Assembly (NCBI GenBank): GCA_964016885.1
Contig: OZ024761.1
Span: 496,001 to 560,000 of the forward strand
DNA length: 64,000 nucleotides
Source of the DNA: Eledone cirrhosa
Lineage: Eukaryota
Direction: 5' to 3'
Shown: positions 16,818 to 28,184 of the stretch, in pieces
Layout of the letters: the number at the start of each line of letters is the position of its first letter
Position numbering within the stretch: the stretch's first letter is position 1
The notes under the pieces: model-generated
Databases searched by the model: none
The model's input: the letters and a program-made list of their open reading frames with translations, nothing else
What the model was told of the DNA's origin: nothing
Program-made: the position numbers and the translations under genes

Positions 16818-17727
16818 CACGATCTATACGTGGATATTTTACGTCTTGATGTGGGAGCTAAGTATATGTTTTGTTTATTCCTTTACTTATTTGCATAGGT
16901 AAGTATATATTACCCGTATGTTTTGTGAAGGTATGTATACCTTCTCGTACGTATATTTGACTGGTATGGCGTATAATTTTTACATATTCTGGTATTTAGG
17001 GTTTGGCTATGTGTATACGGGAGTTTTGCGTCTGCGTGAGTATCCAGGTTCGTACGTATGGTGGGTGTGTGTATATGTGTACTTCTTGTTTTAGTTGACT
17101 TACGTCTCCGAACATTCGTGTATTTATATGTAGGTATGCGTGTGCGCTTGTTATATACGTATTTATTTACTTATATACGTTTATATAATTATTTATTTAT
17201 TTGTACACAAGCATACACACACACATATTTATATGTGCGTGGTTTTGTATACCTATGGTAAGGTTTTGCGTATGCTTGTGTATGTACGTATCTGTTTGCG
17301 TGTATGTATTTATTTGTTTCTATTACTTCTGTATTGTATTTATTTACTTTGTTCTTAACTCTGTAGCGGAGATTCATTTGGTCTCCTAGTTAGAATTTTA
17401 GTCTACAACTTCTGCTATACCATTTACGTGGTTTTGTCTTTGCGTGCTATTGTTCTCCACGCTCCACATATGACTTATTATCTTCGTTTTTTCGTTCATT
17501 GCCAGAGAACGTCTCTATGCACCACCTAAGAGAACATTAGTCTACGACCTCTTTTATACCATAAACGTGGTTCTGTCTTTGCGCGTAATGGTTTTTCACC
17601 GCTCCGATTAATGACGTATTATTCGTTTTTTCCCGTTCTTTGCCAGCGAACGTTTCCACGAACCAAAGTATCGTCTTCCTGTCTTCCTCCGGTTGCAACG
17701 TTTTTTGAAATATCCAGTTCTGCGTTT

Positions 17728-17803
17728 ACAGATTGACTTTGTTAGTTTCAGAAGATCCTGTTAAGGGTGAAAGCAGCGATTCTTTGCTTAAACTTTAAAC
17801 TGT
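17728..17803 (+). ncRNA. Hammerhead-like motif of the PLE1 pLTR (core variant CAGAAGA)
   Basis: Stem I AGUUU/AAACU; stem II UCCUGUUAAGGGU; GAAA; stem III AGCA/UGCU; CUU site. Confidence 0.65.
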
Positions 17804-17903
17804 TATTTTAATAAATATTTGCTCTACGGTTCTTATATATTTGATATATATTTTCCTTATCGAGCCCTCTTTGGATTTTAGTCTTCAATTTTATTATTAT
17901 TAC

Positions 17904-17939
<36 letters not shown>

Positions 17940-17946
17940 ATATATT

Positions 17947-18083
17947 AGGGCGGCGGATTGGTAGTATTGGTAGAGGGTCGGACGTGAAGCTTTGCAGCAA
18001 AGAGTTACGTCCCTTTATGGTCTGAGTTCAAATCCCGCCGAGGTTAACTTTGCCTTTCATCCTTACGAGGTCGATAAAATAAA
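17947..18083 (+). mobile_element. tRNA-derived SINE, 3' truncated
   Basis: agggcggcggattggtagtattggtagag...gagttcaaatcccgccgagg. Confidence 0.85.
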
Positions 18084-18249
18084 TATATATATATATGAAT
18101 GTATGTATAGTATATGTATAGTAATCTTTGCTGGACCGGATCTTCATACATACATTGCTATTTATATATATTATACACATATAAATGAAGTAATTCCGTC
18201 GGAAAAGTCCAGGAAAAAAGAGTGCTCTATGTAGGTAACAGAGCTTAAT

Positions 18250-18415
18250 AGTTATGTAATAAACAACATAAGGCAATTATTTCATTTACCAGTAGTTTCT
18301 TAAAAGCAAACAAATTTTGCTTTCAATCATCAGATTGAAAAAAAAAAATAATACACCAGGATTTTTTCATTCTGATGATTTAAAGCAAAAAATTGTTTGC
18401 TTTTAAGAAACCACC
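18250..18415. mobile_element. pLTR-like family G fold-back with stem-II-less HHR-like motifs
   Basis: Matches 57091-57197; CTGATGA-TT-GAAAGCAAA on minus (18321-18333) and CTGATGA-TT-TAAA on plus (18372-18384). Confidence 0.65.
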
Positions 18416-18518
18416 GAACCTTTATTATAATGCTCGGTATGTTTATAAACAAACATCCCGTATTAAGCCGTAGTGTCCAGCAACCATCGTTGCTCGTTTG
18501 TTCAACACTGACAAAGGA

Positions 18519-18561
18519 ACGCTGTACTAGTTTCAAGCTTATTAGCTATCGTCAGCAACGT
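18519..18561 (-). ncRNA. Type I minimal hammerhead ribozyme (family H)
   Basis: ACGUUG CUGACGA U AGCU-AAUA-AGCU U GAA ACUAGU A CAGCGU. Confidence 0.88.
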
Positions 18562-18749
18562 ATACCTTCCTGTATACAGACGTACAGTAGTATGTATATA
18601 TATATACATAGATGCACACATATATATATGTACGTATGGATTCACCGAACATTTATTATAATGCTCGGTGTGTTTGTAAACAAACATCCCGTATTAAGCC
18701 GTAGTGTCCAGCAACAATCGTTGCTCGTTTGTTCAACACTGACAAAGGA

Positions 18750-18792
18750 ACGCTGTACTAGTTTCAAACTTATTAGCTATCATCAGCAACGT
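18750..18792 (-). ncRNA. Type I minimal hammerhead ribozyme (family H)
   Basis: ACGUUG CUGAUGA U AGCU-AAUA-AGUU U GAA ACUAGU A CAGCGU. Confidence 0.88.
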
Positions 18793-19022
18793 ATACCTTC
18801 CTGCCAGATTGTTGAACGTATATACTTCCCTTATGCATATTAACGGCTGAGTAGCCCAATTTGCATATCGAGTGGGTTAATCGGCCGGGTGCACCGAAAA
18901 CGATAAACGGAAACAATGAAACGAAATTTCATTTCCCACTCTTAGTACGGCTGTTACTTAAATATAAGTATGTACACGTACATACACATATGTATACGTT
19001 CAACAGTCTGGTAGGAAGGTAT

Positions 19023-19065
19023 ACGTTGCTGACTATAGCTAATAAGCTTGAAACTAGTATAGCGT
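19023..19065 (+). ncRNA. Family H hammerhead with core mutation (CUGACUA)
   Basis: Inverted copy of the two above with G8U. Confidence 0.75.
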
Positions 19066-19319
19066 TCCTTTGTCAGTGTTGAACAAACGAGCAACGATGG
19101 TTGCTAGACACTACGGCTTAATACGGGATGTTTGTTTACAAACACACCGAGCAATATAATAAATGTTCTGTGAATCCATACGTACATATATATATATGTG
19201 TGCATGTATGTATATATATATACATACTACTGTACGTCTCTATACATATGTGTATGTACGTGTACATACACATATATATATTATATATATATATTATATA
19301 TATATTATATATATATATT

Positions 19320-19490
19320 AGGGCGGTGGATTGGCAGTATTGGTAGAGGGTCGGACGCCATGCTTTGCAGCGAAGAGTTCAAATCCCGCCGAGGTTAACT
19401 TTGCCTTTCATCCTTACGGGGTCGATAAAATAAAGTACCAGTAATACACTAAATAATTGCTGGCCTTGTGCCAAATGTAGAAACAATTAT
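19320..19490 (+). mobile_element. tRNA-derived SINE
   Basis: Matches the main SINE family, with an internal deletion. Confidence 0.85.
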
Positions 19491-19606
19491 ATATATATAA
19501 AATAAAGGATCGATCGACTTTCGTGAAATCGGACCGAGGAAATAATGTTTTTCGTCAGTCTTTCCAGTTGCTAATACTATCTATCGGTCGCAATTCCAGG
19601 TAGAAG

Positions 19607-19720
19607 GAGCAACGTGAAATAAAATGTCGTGCTGATGGACATAACGCATCACCCCGTCCAGGAATCGAACTCACAGCCTCAATATTATGAATCCAATTCT
19701 CAAACCACTCAGCCATGCGC

Positions 19721-19722
<2 letters not shown>
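19607..19722 (-). mobile_element. Second tRNA-SINE family (head + conserved central segment)
   Basis: Reverse strand reads gcgcatggctgagtggttt...gagttcgattcctgg; gagcaacgtgaaataaaatgtc segment shared with the 45-bp array. Confidence 0.7.
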
Positions 19723-19784
<62 letters not shown>

Positions 19785-19787
19785 GAA

Positions 19788-19821
<34 letters not shown>

Positions 19822-19856
19822 GTGTGTGTGTATGTATATATATATATATGTGTATG

Positions 19857-19893
<37 letters not shown>

Positions 19894-19897
<4 letters not shown>

Positions 19898-20290
19898 CAA
19901 TATTAAATAAATGGAAAACTATATTTATAAAACCATATTTATTTCATTATATATATTTCGGGGATATCATATTAACAATATGCTATGCCTTCATCAGACA
20001 AAATACAATATAAACAGTTTTATAGATAAATATATTCGACATACCGTAATAAACATCAACTTCATTTGAAGAGGTTCACTCTAGCAGTTTATATTGTATT
20101 TTGTCTGATGAAGGCATAGCATATTGTTAATATGATATCCCCGAAATATATATAATGAAATAAATATGGTTTTATAAATATAGTTTTCCATTTATTTAAT
20201 ATTGTAAATATACTCCAAGTATTTGTCGAGTGCTTTTATATCAGTTATAAATATTTACTAGTTGTAACCCAACAATTTTAAATATAACTT

Positions 20291-20293
<3 letters not shown>
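19894..20293 (+). mobile_element. PLE pLTR family J fold-back with HHRs on both arms (19940-20005 minus, 20097-20162 plus)
   Basis: Arms about 19895-20015 and 20086-20206; UAUUUUGU CUGAUGA [31-nt stem II] GAA AUAUAUAU A AUGAAAUA. Confidence 0.82.
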
Positions 20294-20324
<31 letters not shown>

Positions 20325-20446
20325 TATGTATGTATATATATATATATATATATGCGTATGTATGTATATATATATATATATATATGCGTATGTATATATA
20401 TATATATATGCGTATGTATGTATATATATATATATATGTGTGTATG

Positions 20447-20485
<39 letters not shown>

Positions 20486-20510
20486 ATGTATGTATATATA
20501 TATAAATGTG

Positions 20511-20551
<41 letters not shown>

Positions 20552-20762
20552 ATATATATATATATGTATGTATATATATATATATATATATGTATGTATA
20601 TATATATATATGTATATATATATATAAATATGTATGTATATATATATATATAAATATGTATGTATATATATATATAAATATGTATGTATATATATATATA
20701 AATATGTATGTATATATATATATAAATATGTATGTATATATATATATATATAAATATGTATG

Positions 20763-20793
<31 letters not shown>

Positions 20794-20812
20794 ATATATA
20801 TATATATGTATG

Positions 20813-20882
<70 letters not shown>

Positions 20883-20946
20883 TATATAAATATGTATGTA
20901 TATATATATATATATATATATGTATACATATATATATGTATGTATG

Positions 20947-20977
<31 letters not shown>

Positions 20978-21000
20978 ATATATATATATATATATGTATG

Positions 21001-21033
<33 letters not shown>

Positions 21034-21045
21034 ATATATATATAT

Positions 21046-21470
21046 ATAATATAAGATCAAAAGATGGTTAAAGGAGTTCAATATATTTTATTATGCGCAT
21101 TTCAAAAACAAACATCATCAAACAATAATATTTGTGTTTTCATCAGATAAAACAGGAGAACATGATATGAAGGCTAAAAAAACACTTGTTGATAGTGCAG
21201 TTTTAAATCAACATATGTTGATTTAAAACTGCACTATCAACAAGTGTTTTTTTAGCCTTCATATCATGTTCTCCTGTTTTATCTGATGAAAACACAAATA
21301 TTATTGTTTGATGATGTTTGTTTTTGAAATGCGCATAATAAAATATATTGAACTCCTTTAACCATCTTTTGATCTTATATTATGCATACTCCAGTCCCAC
21401 AAACTGTAGAGTGGTTCTTATCCGATATCTGCATTGCTTTATTGTACTACAATAAAACTCACCTCCTACA
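21046..21470 (+). mobile_element. PLE pLTR family K: 338-bp loopless palindrome + tail
   Basis: Centre cat/atg at 21214/21215; arms 21046-21383; flanked by (TA)n. Confidence 0.85.
21276..21344 (+). ncRNA. Type I hammerhead ribozyme (family K); mirror copy at 21085-21153 on minus
   Basis: GUUUUAU CUGAUGA AAAC-ACAAAUAUUAUU-GUUU-GAUGAUGUUUGU-UUUU GAA AUGCGCAU A AUAAAAU. Confidence 0.85.
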
Positions 21471-21500
21471 TATATATATATATATATATATGTGTGTATG

Positions 21501-21553
<53 letters not shown>

Positions 21554-21574
21554 ATGTATGTATATATATATATA

Positions 21575-21805
21575 TATATTATTAGAAATGCAAGCTATCG
21601 CCGTATTTTGACTAAAGAAATTAAAGAAATTATTTAGCCTGATAGTGGGGTTAAGAACCCTCGGAGAAATGGAAAAAGATGAGTATTGACGTACTCATCT
21701 TTATCCATTTCTCCGAGGGTTCTTAACCCCACTATCAGGCTAAATAATTTCTTTAATTTCTTTAGTCAAAATACGGCGATAGCTTACATTTCTAATAATA
21801 TATAT
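21575..21805. repeat. Near-perfect palindrome with about 110-bp arms in (TA)n
   Basis: Loop ttgacg at about 21687-21692; arm related to 26500-26560. Confidence 0.85.
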
Positions 21806-21827
21806 ATATAATAAAATATAATATATA

Positions 21828-22438
21828 TACCAACCTGAGGTATCTGATTTTTAATGCGATGAAATACCAATGATGGTTGGCAAATCACTAATGAGGGACT
21901 AATTTTATAATATGTAATCCATGTGCAACCATGCAGTATTCTTCTCTCCTTGTTTTTCATATATATTTACCTAAACTGCGATTATCTGTTTCTCTCTTTC
22001 TCTCTTACTGCTCCTCCGTTCTCTGTCAGTTACACTTTTTCTCTCGACTGACCTTTTCCTCGCACTTCCACTCACTCACTCGCTGTTTCTCCCCTTCGCT
22101 AGTAGTGGGGTTCCTTCTTTCTCACACCGCATTCACGGCGTACGGTCTGCTTCTCTGACTGCTCATGAAATTCACCCAGCTTATGCTGATCGGATAACTA
22201 TCATGTGGCTTGCTGTTTTTCCAACCTTCGGTTTGCTTTTCCTTCTGTTGTTTACTTGTCTCACTCGCTTTACGCGTTTCACTTGTCCCAATAGCTTATT
22301 TTAGTTATTGCTCGCACCAACCTGAGGTATCTGATTTTTAATGCGATGAAATACCAATGATGGTTGGCAAATCACTGATGAGGGACTAATTTTATATGTA
22401 ATCCATGTGCAACTATGCAGTATTCGTCTCCCCTTGTT

Positions 22439-22445
<7 letters not shown>
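21828..22445 (+). mobile_element. Element with about 130-bp direct terminal repeats (pLTR-like, family M)
   Basis: 21829-21960 matches 22316-22445; CUGAGGU...GAAA motif and a second CUGAUGA; (TA)n flanks. Confidence 0.65.
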
Positions 22446-22480
<35 letters not shown>

Positions 22481-22483
22481 ATA

Positions 22484-22826
22484 TTTCTGAATTTGTTTAG
22501 CAAGATTCTTTATCTGAAAACGTGTGTTGAAACCGATATTGTTATACTTTGGGAGGGTCATGTTGCCAATAAGAAACACACGCACCAGTTGCTTTCACTT
22601 CAAATTATTATAAATTTCCGGTTGGTTGGTTCCACAACCGGATGGTTGTTCATATATTGTCAAAGTTCTTTCGTCACACATTCTGTGACCTCTTCAGTGA
22701 CTGGGGATTCTTTTCTTTATTTTGTGTCTATCTTGTGTTCTGTCCCACGCCATCATGTTTTTGTGTGTGTTCACACACAAAAACAAGAGTTTCCCAAACC
22801 GCATACCGCTTACGGACGCTTTAAGC
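22484..22826 (-). mobile_element. PLE pLTR family C with HHR at 22659-22701
   Basis: GUCA CUGAAGA G GUCACA-GAAUG-UGUGAC GAA AGAACU U UGAC; matches 33748-34075. Confidence 0.8.
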
Positions 22827-23696
22827 ATCCCACACCAATTATTTAGAGAGAGAGAGAGAGAGAGAAAAAGAGAGACTAGCCAGCCTATATATTCCATATA
22901 CCAATATAATCATAAATCTTTCTTATTTTCGTTTACATTCTTTTTCTTTCCTTCACTCCTTCCTCTATATCTTTTATTCATTACTTTTCATTCTTCTATT
23001 TATTTTCTTTTGCAGATGTGTGACATCCTCGACCATAATCTATATTATAACATAATCTACATTATCGAACATAATCTATATTTTTATAACATCTTCTTCC
23101 ATATCCTAATCATTCTGTTCGATTCACCAAAAAGAATAACCGTGAAAATATTTCCACCTCAGAAATGGCAGACGATAAAGTAGGTCCTGTGAAAATCCTG
23201 TAAAAACCTTCTGGGGTTTCTTAAGATGTCTATTAATAAAATCTAATGAAAATCTATTATATACTTATTGAGTTCAGTTCTTTTGTACCTCTATCTTTCT
23301 TTCATTTTTGTTCTCGATGTTTTTGGTGGACAAGGGTGTGCCACGAGTGCGCATGCACAAAACCCTCTGTTGATGAGATAACAGTTTGATCTCCGATAAA
23401 AGTAAACTGTTGAGCCTTCCTCCCATTGAACGGTGAGATTGCACATGAGTAGAATTCGGAGTCCTGCGGGTATGTTCACTGTTGGAACAATGAGAAAAAA
23501 TAGGTTAAACCCTCAATACTTCGTCGGCATTCCAGCCATGAGCATCCCTACTTCAAATTCCACACATGAGCATTTCCAAACGAGGAGAGGTGGTCTTGAT
23601 TGGAGCGCCAAAAGCGTTTTGAGGTGTGGATATGGCTGGGGCCACATTGTGGAAATGCAATGAAAGCCCACAATAAAAATATAACTGAATAATAAC

Positions 23697-24035
23697 AATT
23701 ATTTCTACTTTTGGCACAAGGCCAGCAAGTCACCAGTGCATTAATGGTACTTTATTTTATCAACCCCGTAAGGATAAAAGGCAGAGTTAACCTCGGCGGG
23801 ATTTGAACTCAGAACGTAAAGGTGTTATAACTATATGCTGCAAAGCTTGGTGTCTAACGCTATACCGATTCTGCCAATCCACCGCCTACTGAATAATTTT
23901 TTTTTCTACTATTGGCACAAGGCTAGCAATTATTCCAGTGCATTACTGGTACTTTATTTTATCGACCTCGTAAGGATGAAAGGCAAAGTCAACCTCAGCG
24001 GGATTTGAACTCAGACCATAAAGGGGCGTAACACA
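23697..24035 (-). mobile_element. Two tandem tRNA-SINEs
   Basis: Reverse complements of the main SINE at 23697-23888 and 23903-24035. Confidence 0.85.
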
Positions 24036-24353
24036 CACTGAATAATAATAATAACAATTCTTTATATAGGCGCGAGTCCAGGAATCACAATGTCGTGCTA
24101 AAGTTGGAGATTTTCAAACACACAGTCATTAGGTATGACAGATTTGAAGTTAGTGAACATTATTGCAGACAGTCATTGTGGGTTCAAATCAGCCCTAGAG
24201 CAATGAGAAAAAAACTTCAGATTTACTTTATCAAAGCACCAGAAGGATTAAAGATAAGGTCGACCATTTCTATTAATAATTGTTTCTACTTTTGGCACAA
24301 GGCCAGCAATTAGTCAGTGCATTCTAGTACTTTATTTTATCGACCCGGACACC

Positions 24354-24728
24354 GAGAAAGGCATGAACGTCATTACATCAATTTTTGTTTGGAAATAAAA
24401 AGTAGGTTTATAAATATTAATTTTCAGTGTAATTTTGTGTCCGTTTCGTTGGCCTAGTCGTAGGTGTTAGAGACGGTGGAGATCCTGGTCTGGGGTTCAA
24501 TCTCTGTATCTTAGGTTCTTTTTTTTTTTATTCTATAAGTGGTAAAATAAAAAAATTAAAAACTTGATCAGAGACGCTGAGATCAAACCCCAGACCAGGA
24601 TCACCACTGTCTCTAATACCTACCATTAGACCACTGAAACGGCTACAAAAATACACTGCCAATTAATATCTATAAACCTACATTTTATTTAGAAGAAAAC
24701 TTGATGTGGTGGCGTTCATGGCTTTTTC
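24354..24728. mobile_element. MITE-like hairpin element with two inverted tRNA-like heads
   Basis: gaaaggcatgaacgtc...ggcgttcatggctttttc; arms about 165 bp; A-box and B-box-like motifs in each arm. Confidence 0.7.
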
Positions 24729-25849
24729 AGTCTTATTAATGCCACAAAGGGGTCGACATTGACTTTTGTTTTTCTGGGGCTTCAATACAATACAAAACCC
24801 TTGTTTTTTTATCTATCTAGGGTTGATTTGAACCTATGACCAGCTGATCTGCAGTGATATTCTTCAACTGTCATACATGAAAATTAAAGGCATAGATGTG
24901 TGTGTATCTGTGTGTTAGATTTGATCTTAAATTAGTGTGCTCAGCAATAGTGACTCTTCAATTTTGCCACCCCTCAAACCTTTATCCCAATGTTTATTCA
25001 GGAAAGAAAGGAACTGGAGAATTTTAAGAAGGAGTAAGGTATATATCATGGGTGGGTACGTCTTTCCAATCAACGCGGTGTATAAATAGCACGTGAAATT
25101 TTGAATTAACGATATTTTGTGGCACTAAACATGGAATGAGGCAAGTTGATTATTATGAGGACAATTGACTGCATCTTCAACGGCAATACAATCTACTGAA
25201 AATCGAAATGATAAATTTATTAAAATGGAACACTTACGGAGACCTCATACAGGATTTTTAGCGATATAAAATTCGCCTTATTTCGAATAAAAAAATGTAT
25301 TTGAGAAGAGTTAATATGCAGCTATATTTATACATGGCTGGTATATACATATATATTTTATTATATTCGTACAGCAAATGTGTAAAACGTAAATATGCTT
25401 TGACATCGAAATATAGTTTGATTAATATATTCGTACATCGAATGTATAAAATGCAAGAAGCTTTCGGCATCGAATTTTGAGGTAAAAAAGGAGCTTCGTA
25501 TACCCCTCCCCGAAGAATTAGGAATATACATGAATTTGAATTTAAAGATGGTTAAATAGGTTAAGGAAAAAAAGATACCAAATGAAATGATATACATAAT
25601 AAAACATTCCCTTACCTTACTAAATGCAGTAAATTTTAAAAGTTTAGTTAAATACGTGCGACAACATTTTAAATAGTTACGGTCATAGTTACCCGACCTC
25701 CGAAATGAGTAAGAAAATATTGAAGGAATTCAGAGAAAAACAAAACATGAGAATTATTACGAAATATGTCCCGTGAAGGAAGATTTAAAAAGTTTCGAAT
25801 CACACCATTAGAAGACTAATATTTAGATATTAGCACACTGCTCCATATA

Positions 25850-26011
25850 CCGTATTTCCCGGCGTCGAAGACGCTACTTTTTTCGTAAAATATCTTAAAA
25901 ATCTAATATGCGTCCTGGAGGCCGAAGGTTGTTTATTTTTTTTTTTTTTTTGGTTGTCAAAATTAGGGTGCGTCCTCGAGGACGAAGCGTCTTCGGCACC
26001 GGGAAATACGG
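25850..26011. mobile_element. Tc1/mariner (pogo/Tc2-like) MITE
   Basis: TIRs ccgtatttcccggcgtcgaagacgc / gcgtcttcggcaccgggaaatacgg; TA on both sides. Confidence 0.88.
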
Positions 26012-26681
26012 TAAGGAGACCCGATAGAAATATATACAATATCTAGATTTTAGTACAGTAGTCAATATAAATGTAAAGACTTGAATATATATATAGAAAT
26101 ATTTGAAGAATTTAAATATTTTTAAACTAGATATAGATGTAAACTAAATATAGATGTAAAGCCCTGAAATATAAAGCTTAGTACACTATTCTAATGTAAA
26201 AACCCTAAGAATTACAACTTAAGAGGGGAGAAATCAAGCGCGTGATATGATAGAAATATTTGGTATTATGAACGGACTTCAAAATACAGTATTTGAGAAG
26301 AATTCACACAGAATATGAACGAGTAAGAAGCGTTGTGGTTAATTTGAACTTGGAATGACACTATTAAAAGAGCAACATGAATCTCGCCACCATTCTAGTT
26401 TAAACTGGCTTAAACATACGGCAGACCTGCCAACCTCTAAACACTAAAGGTACCACAGTGGTCTGGATAACCAAAGATGTGGGTTCAACTCCCATCTGCG
26501 TCAATACTCAACATTTTCCAATTCTTTGATGGTTCTAAACCCCACTATCAGGCTAAAATCTCTCTCTCTCTCTCTCATATATACACAAATATATATATAT
26601 ATTAAAATAACAGATTTATCCTTATCGAGCCCTCTTTGGATTTTTAGTCTTCACATTTATTATTATTATTACTATATAATT

Positions 26682-26910
26682 GGTTGACTTTGCCTTTCAT
26701 CCTTACGGGATCGATAAAATAAAGTACCAATAATGCACTGGGTAATTGCTGGCCTTGTGCCTAAAGTAGAAACAATTATTACTATATAATATATAGAGCT
26801 CAAATCCACCAAAGGTTAACTTTACCTTTCATCCTTACGGGGTCGATAAAATAAAGTACCAATAATGGACTGGGTAATTGCTGGCCTAGTGCCTAACGTA
26901 GAAACAATTA
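26682..26910 (+). mobile_element. Two 5'-truncated SINE copies
   Basis: Match to the SINE 3' half. Confidence 0.8.
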
Positions 26911-26953
26911 CTATATATATATACATATGTGTGTGTGTATGTATATAGATATA

Positions 26954-27506
26954 TGGTGGCTGCCAACTCGTTTTCGAGTACGGCCACTACTTTATATCCA
27001 TGTAGGAGAACCCCTACCGAAGCGCTGAACGAGTGTGACTTTTTAGTCCAGCCAGCGACTTGAAAACTCTGGTACAAACACTACACCTGTGACAATTATT
27101 GACACACAGTGCTAGGCCCATGGTACCATGTGACGACAAGTGCAGAGAGATCTCCAGATATAAAGCAATGCCTGTGCCGTGAAACTTTTATAGTGAGCAA
27201 AGGCACTGCACAAAGCCAGTCCCACTCTCTTAACCAAGATGATATTTACCAAAAAGAAGAACAAGTCAACATCATTGGATACCATCAGGGTTGCAGGTGT
27301 TATATCAGAGTTTTCCTTCTCCTAGAATTCTGCCTTGACAAAGGCTAAGGGGTCATCTCTCCCGGTGATTTTGGATGGCCATTGACTCTTAAGAGCTCCT
27401 TTGCCCTTTGACAGGTTTTGTTTTTAGTCCTGCAGGATGTCCAAAGTCACCCTCCTCACCAAGAAACCTTGGTGGGGTTGCCAGTTTAGTCGCCAACGAC
27501 CCGACC
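26954..27506 (-). mobile_element. Internally deleted non-autonomous LINE (RTE-like) of about 550 bp
   Basis: Reverse complement of 63343-63892. Confidence 0.8.
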
Positions 27507-27636
27507 ATGAGACATGCGTATATATACACACACACGTGTATATATACACAAATATATATATATATTTATTAAAATAACAGATTTATCCTTATCGAGCCCT
27601 CTTTGGATTTTTAGTCTTCACATTTATTATTATTAC

Positions 27637-27672
<36 letters not shown>

Positions 27673-27679
27673 AATATAT

Positions 27680-27874
27680 CAGACCTGCCAAACTCTAAAA
27701 ATCTAAACGGAGAGCCCCATGAAAAAAAGGGTTCCAAAACGGGAATAAATGAGGCAAATTAGGGAGATTTTACATAATGAAAGCTATACCCATCTTCACA
27801 AGAGAAGACATATTTCAACCACCCCAAAGGGGCTGGGAGATCTCGCCGGCGGACGGGGAGAGTTATCAGGTTTG
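27680..27874. mobile_element. hAT-like MITE
   Basis: cagacctgccaaactct...gagagttatcaggtttg imperfect TIRs with CAG start. Confidence 0.55.
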
Positions 27875-28184
27875 CTTACAATTTAGTCTTCACTCTTTCT
27901 AAATAATGTATATTTTTAATAATATTTTACAGAGCTGAGTTTTCTATGATATATATTACGATTGTGTGTAGTTCCCTTTATTAATGTCTTTATTTACTGA
28001 ATATTTCCGATGTGTGTTTGTCGTATATTTGTTTCTCATGTTGATAACGTATATAATTGTTTCTACTTTAGGCACAAGGCCAGCAATTACCCAGTGCATT
28101 ACTGGTACTTTATTTTATCGACCCCGTATATAATATCAATCAGGATGTCATTAGATATGCTTACAAAATCAGAAAACAGTACAG

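Larger units (their letters stand above)
14421..17905 (+). mobile_element. Penelope-like retroelement (Naiad-type), PLE1: inverted pLTR piece + direct pLTR + ORF + 3'UTR + pLTR + tail
   Basis: 14421-14503 is the reverse complement of 17736-17817; 14504-14865 matches 17403-17764; RT-GIY-YIG ORF between; (TA)n on both sides. Confidence 0.93.
18414..19255. mobile_element. Retrozyme-like/PLE pLTR family H: two direct copies 231 bp apart plus one inverted copy
   Basis: 18414-18572 matches 18645-18803; inverted copy at about 19000-19255; each has an HHR. Confidence 0.85.

Noticed and set aside
9389-23540. Shared 17-mer cggcattccagccatga at about 9388 and 23524
   Set aside because: Too short; most likely a fragment of a dispersed repeat
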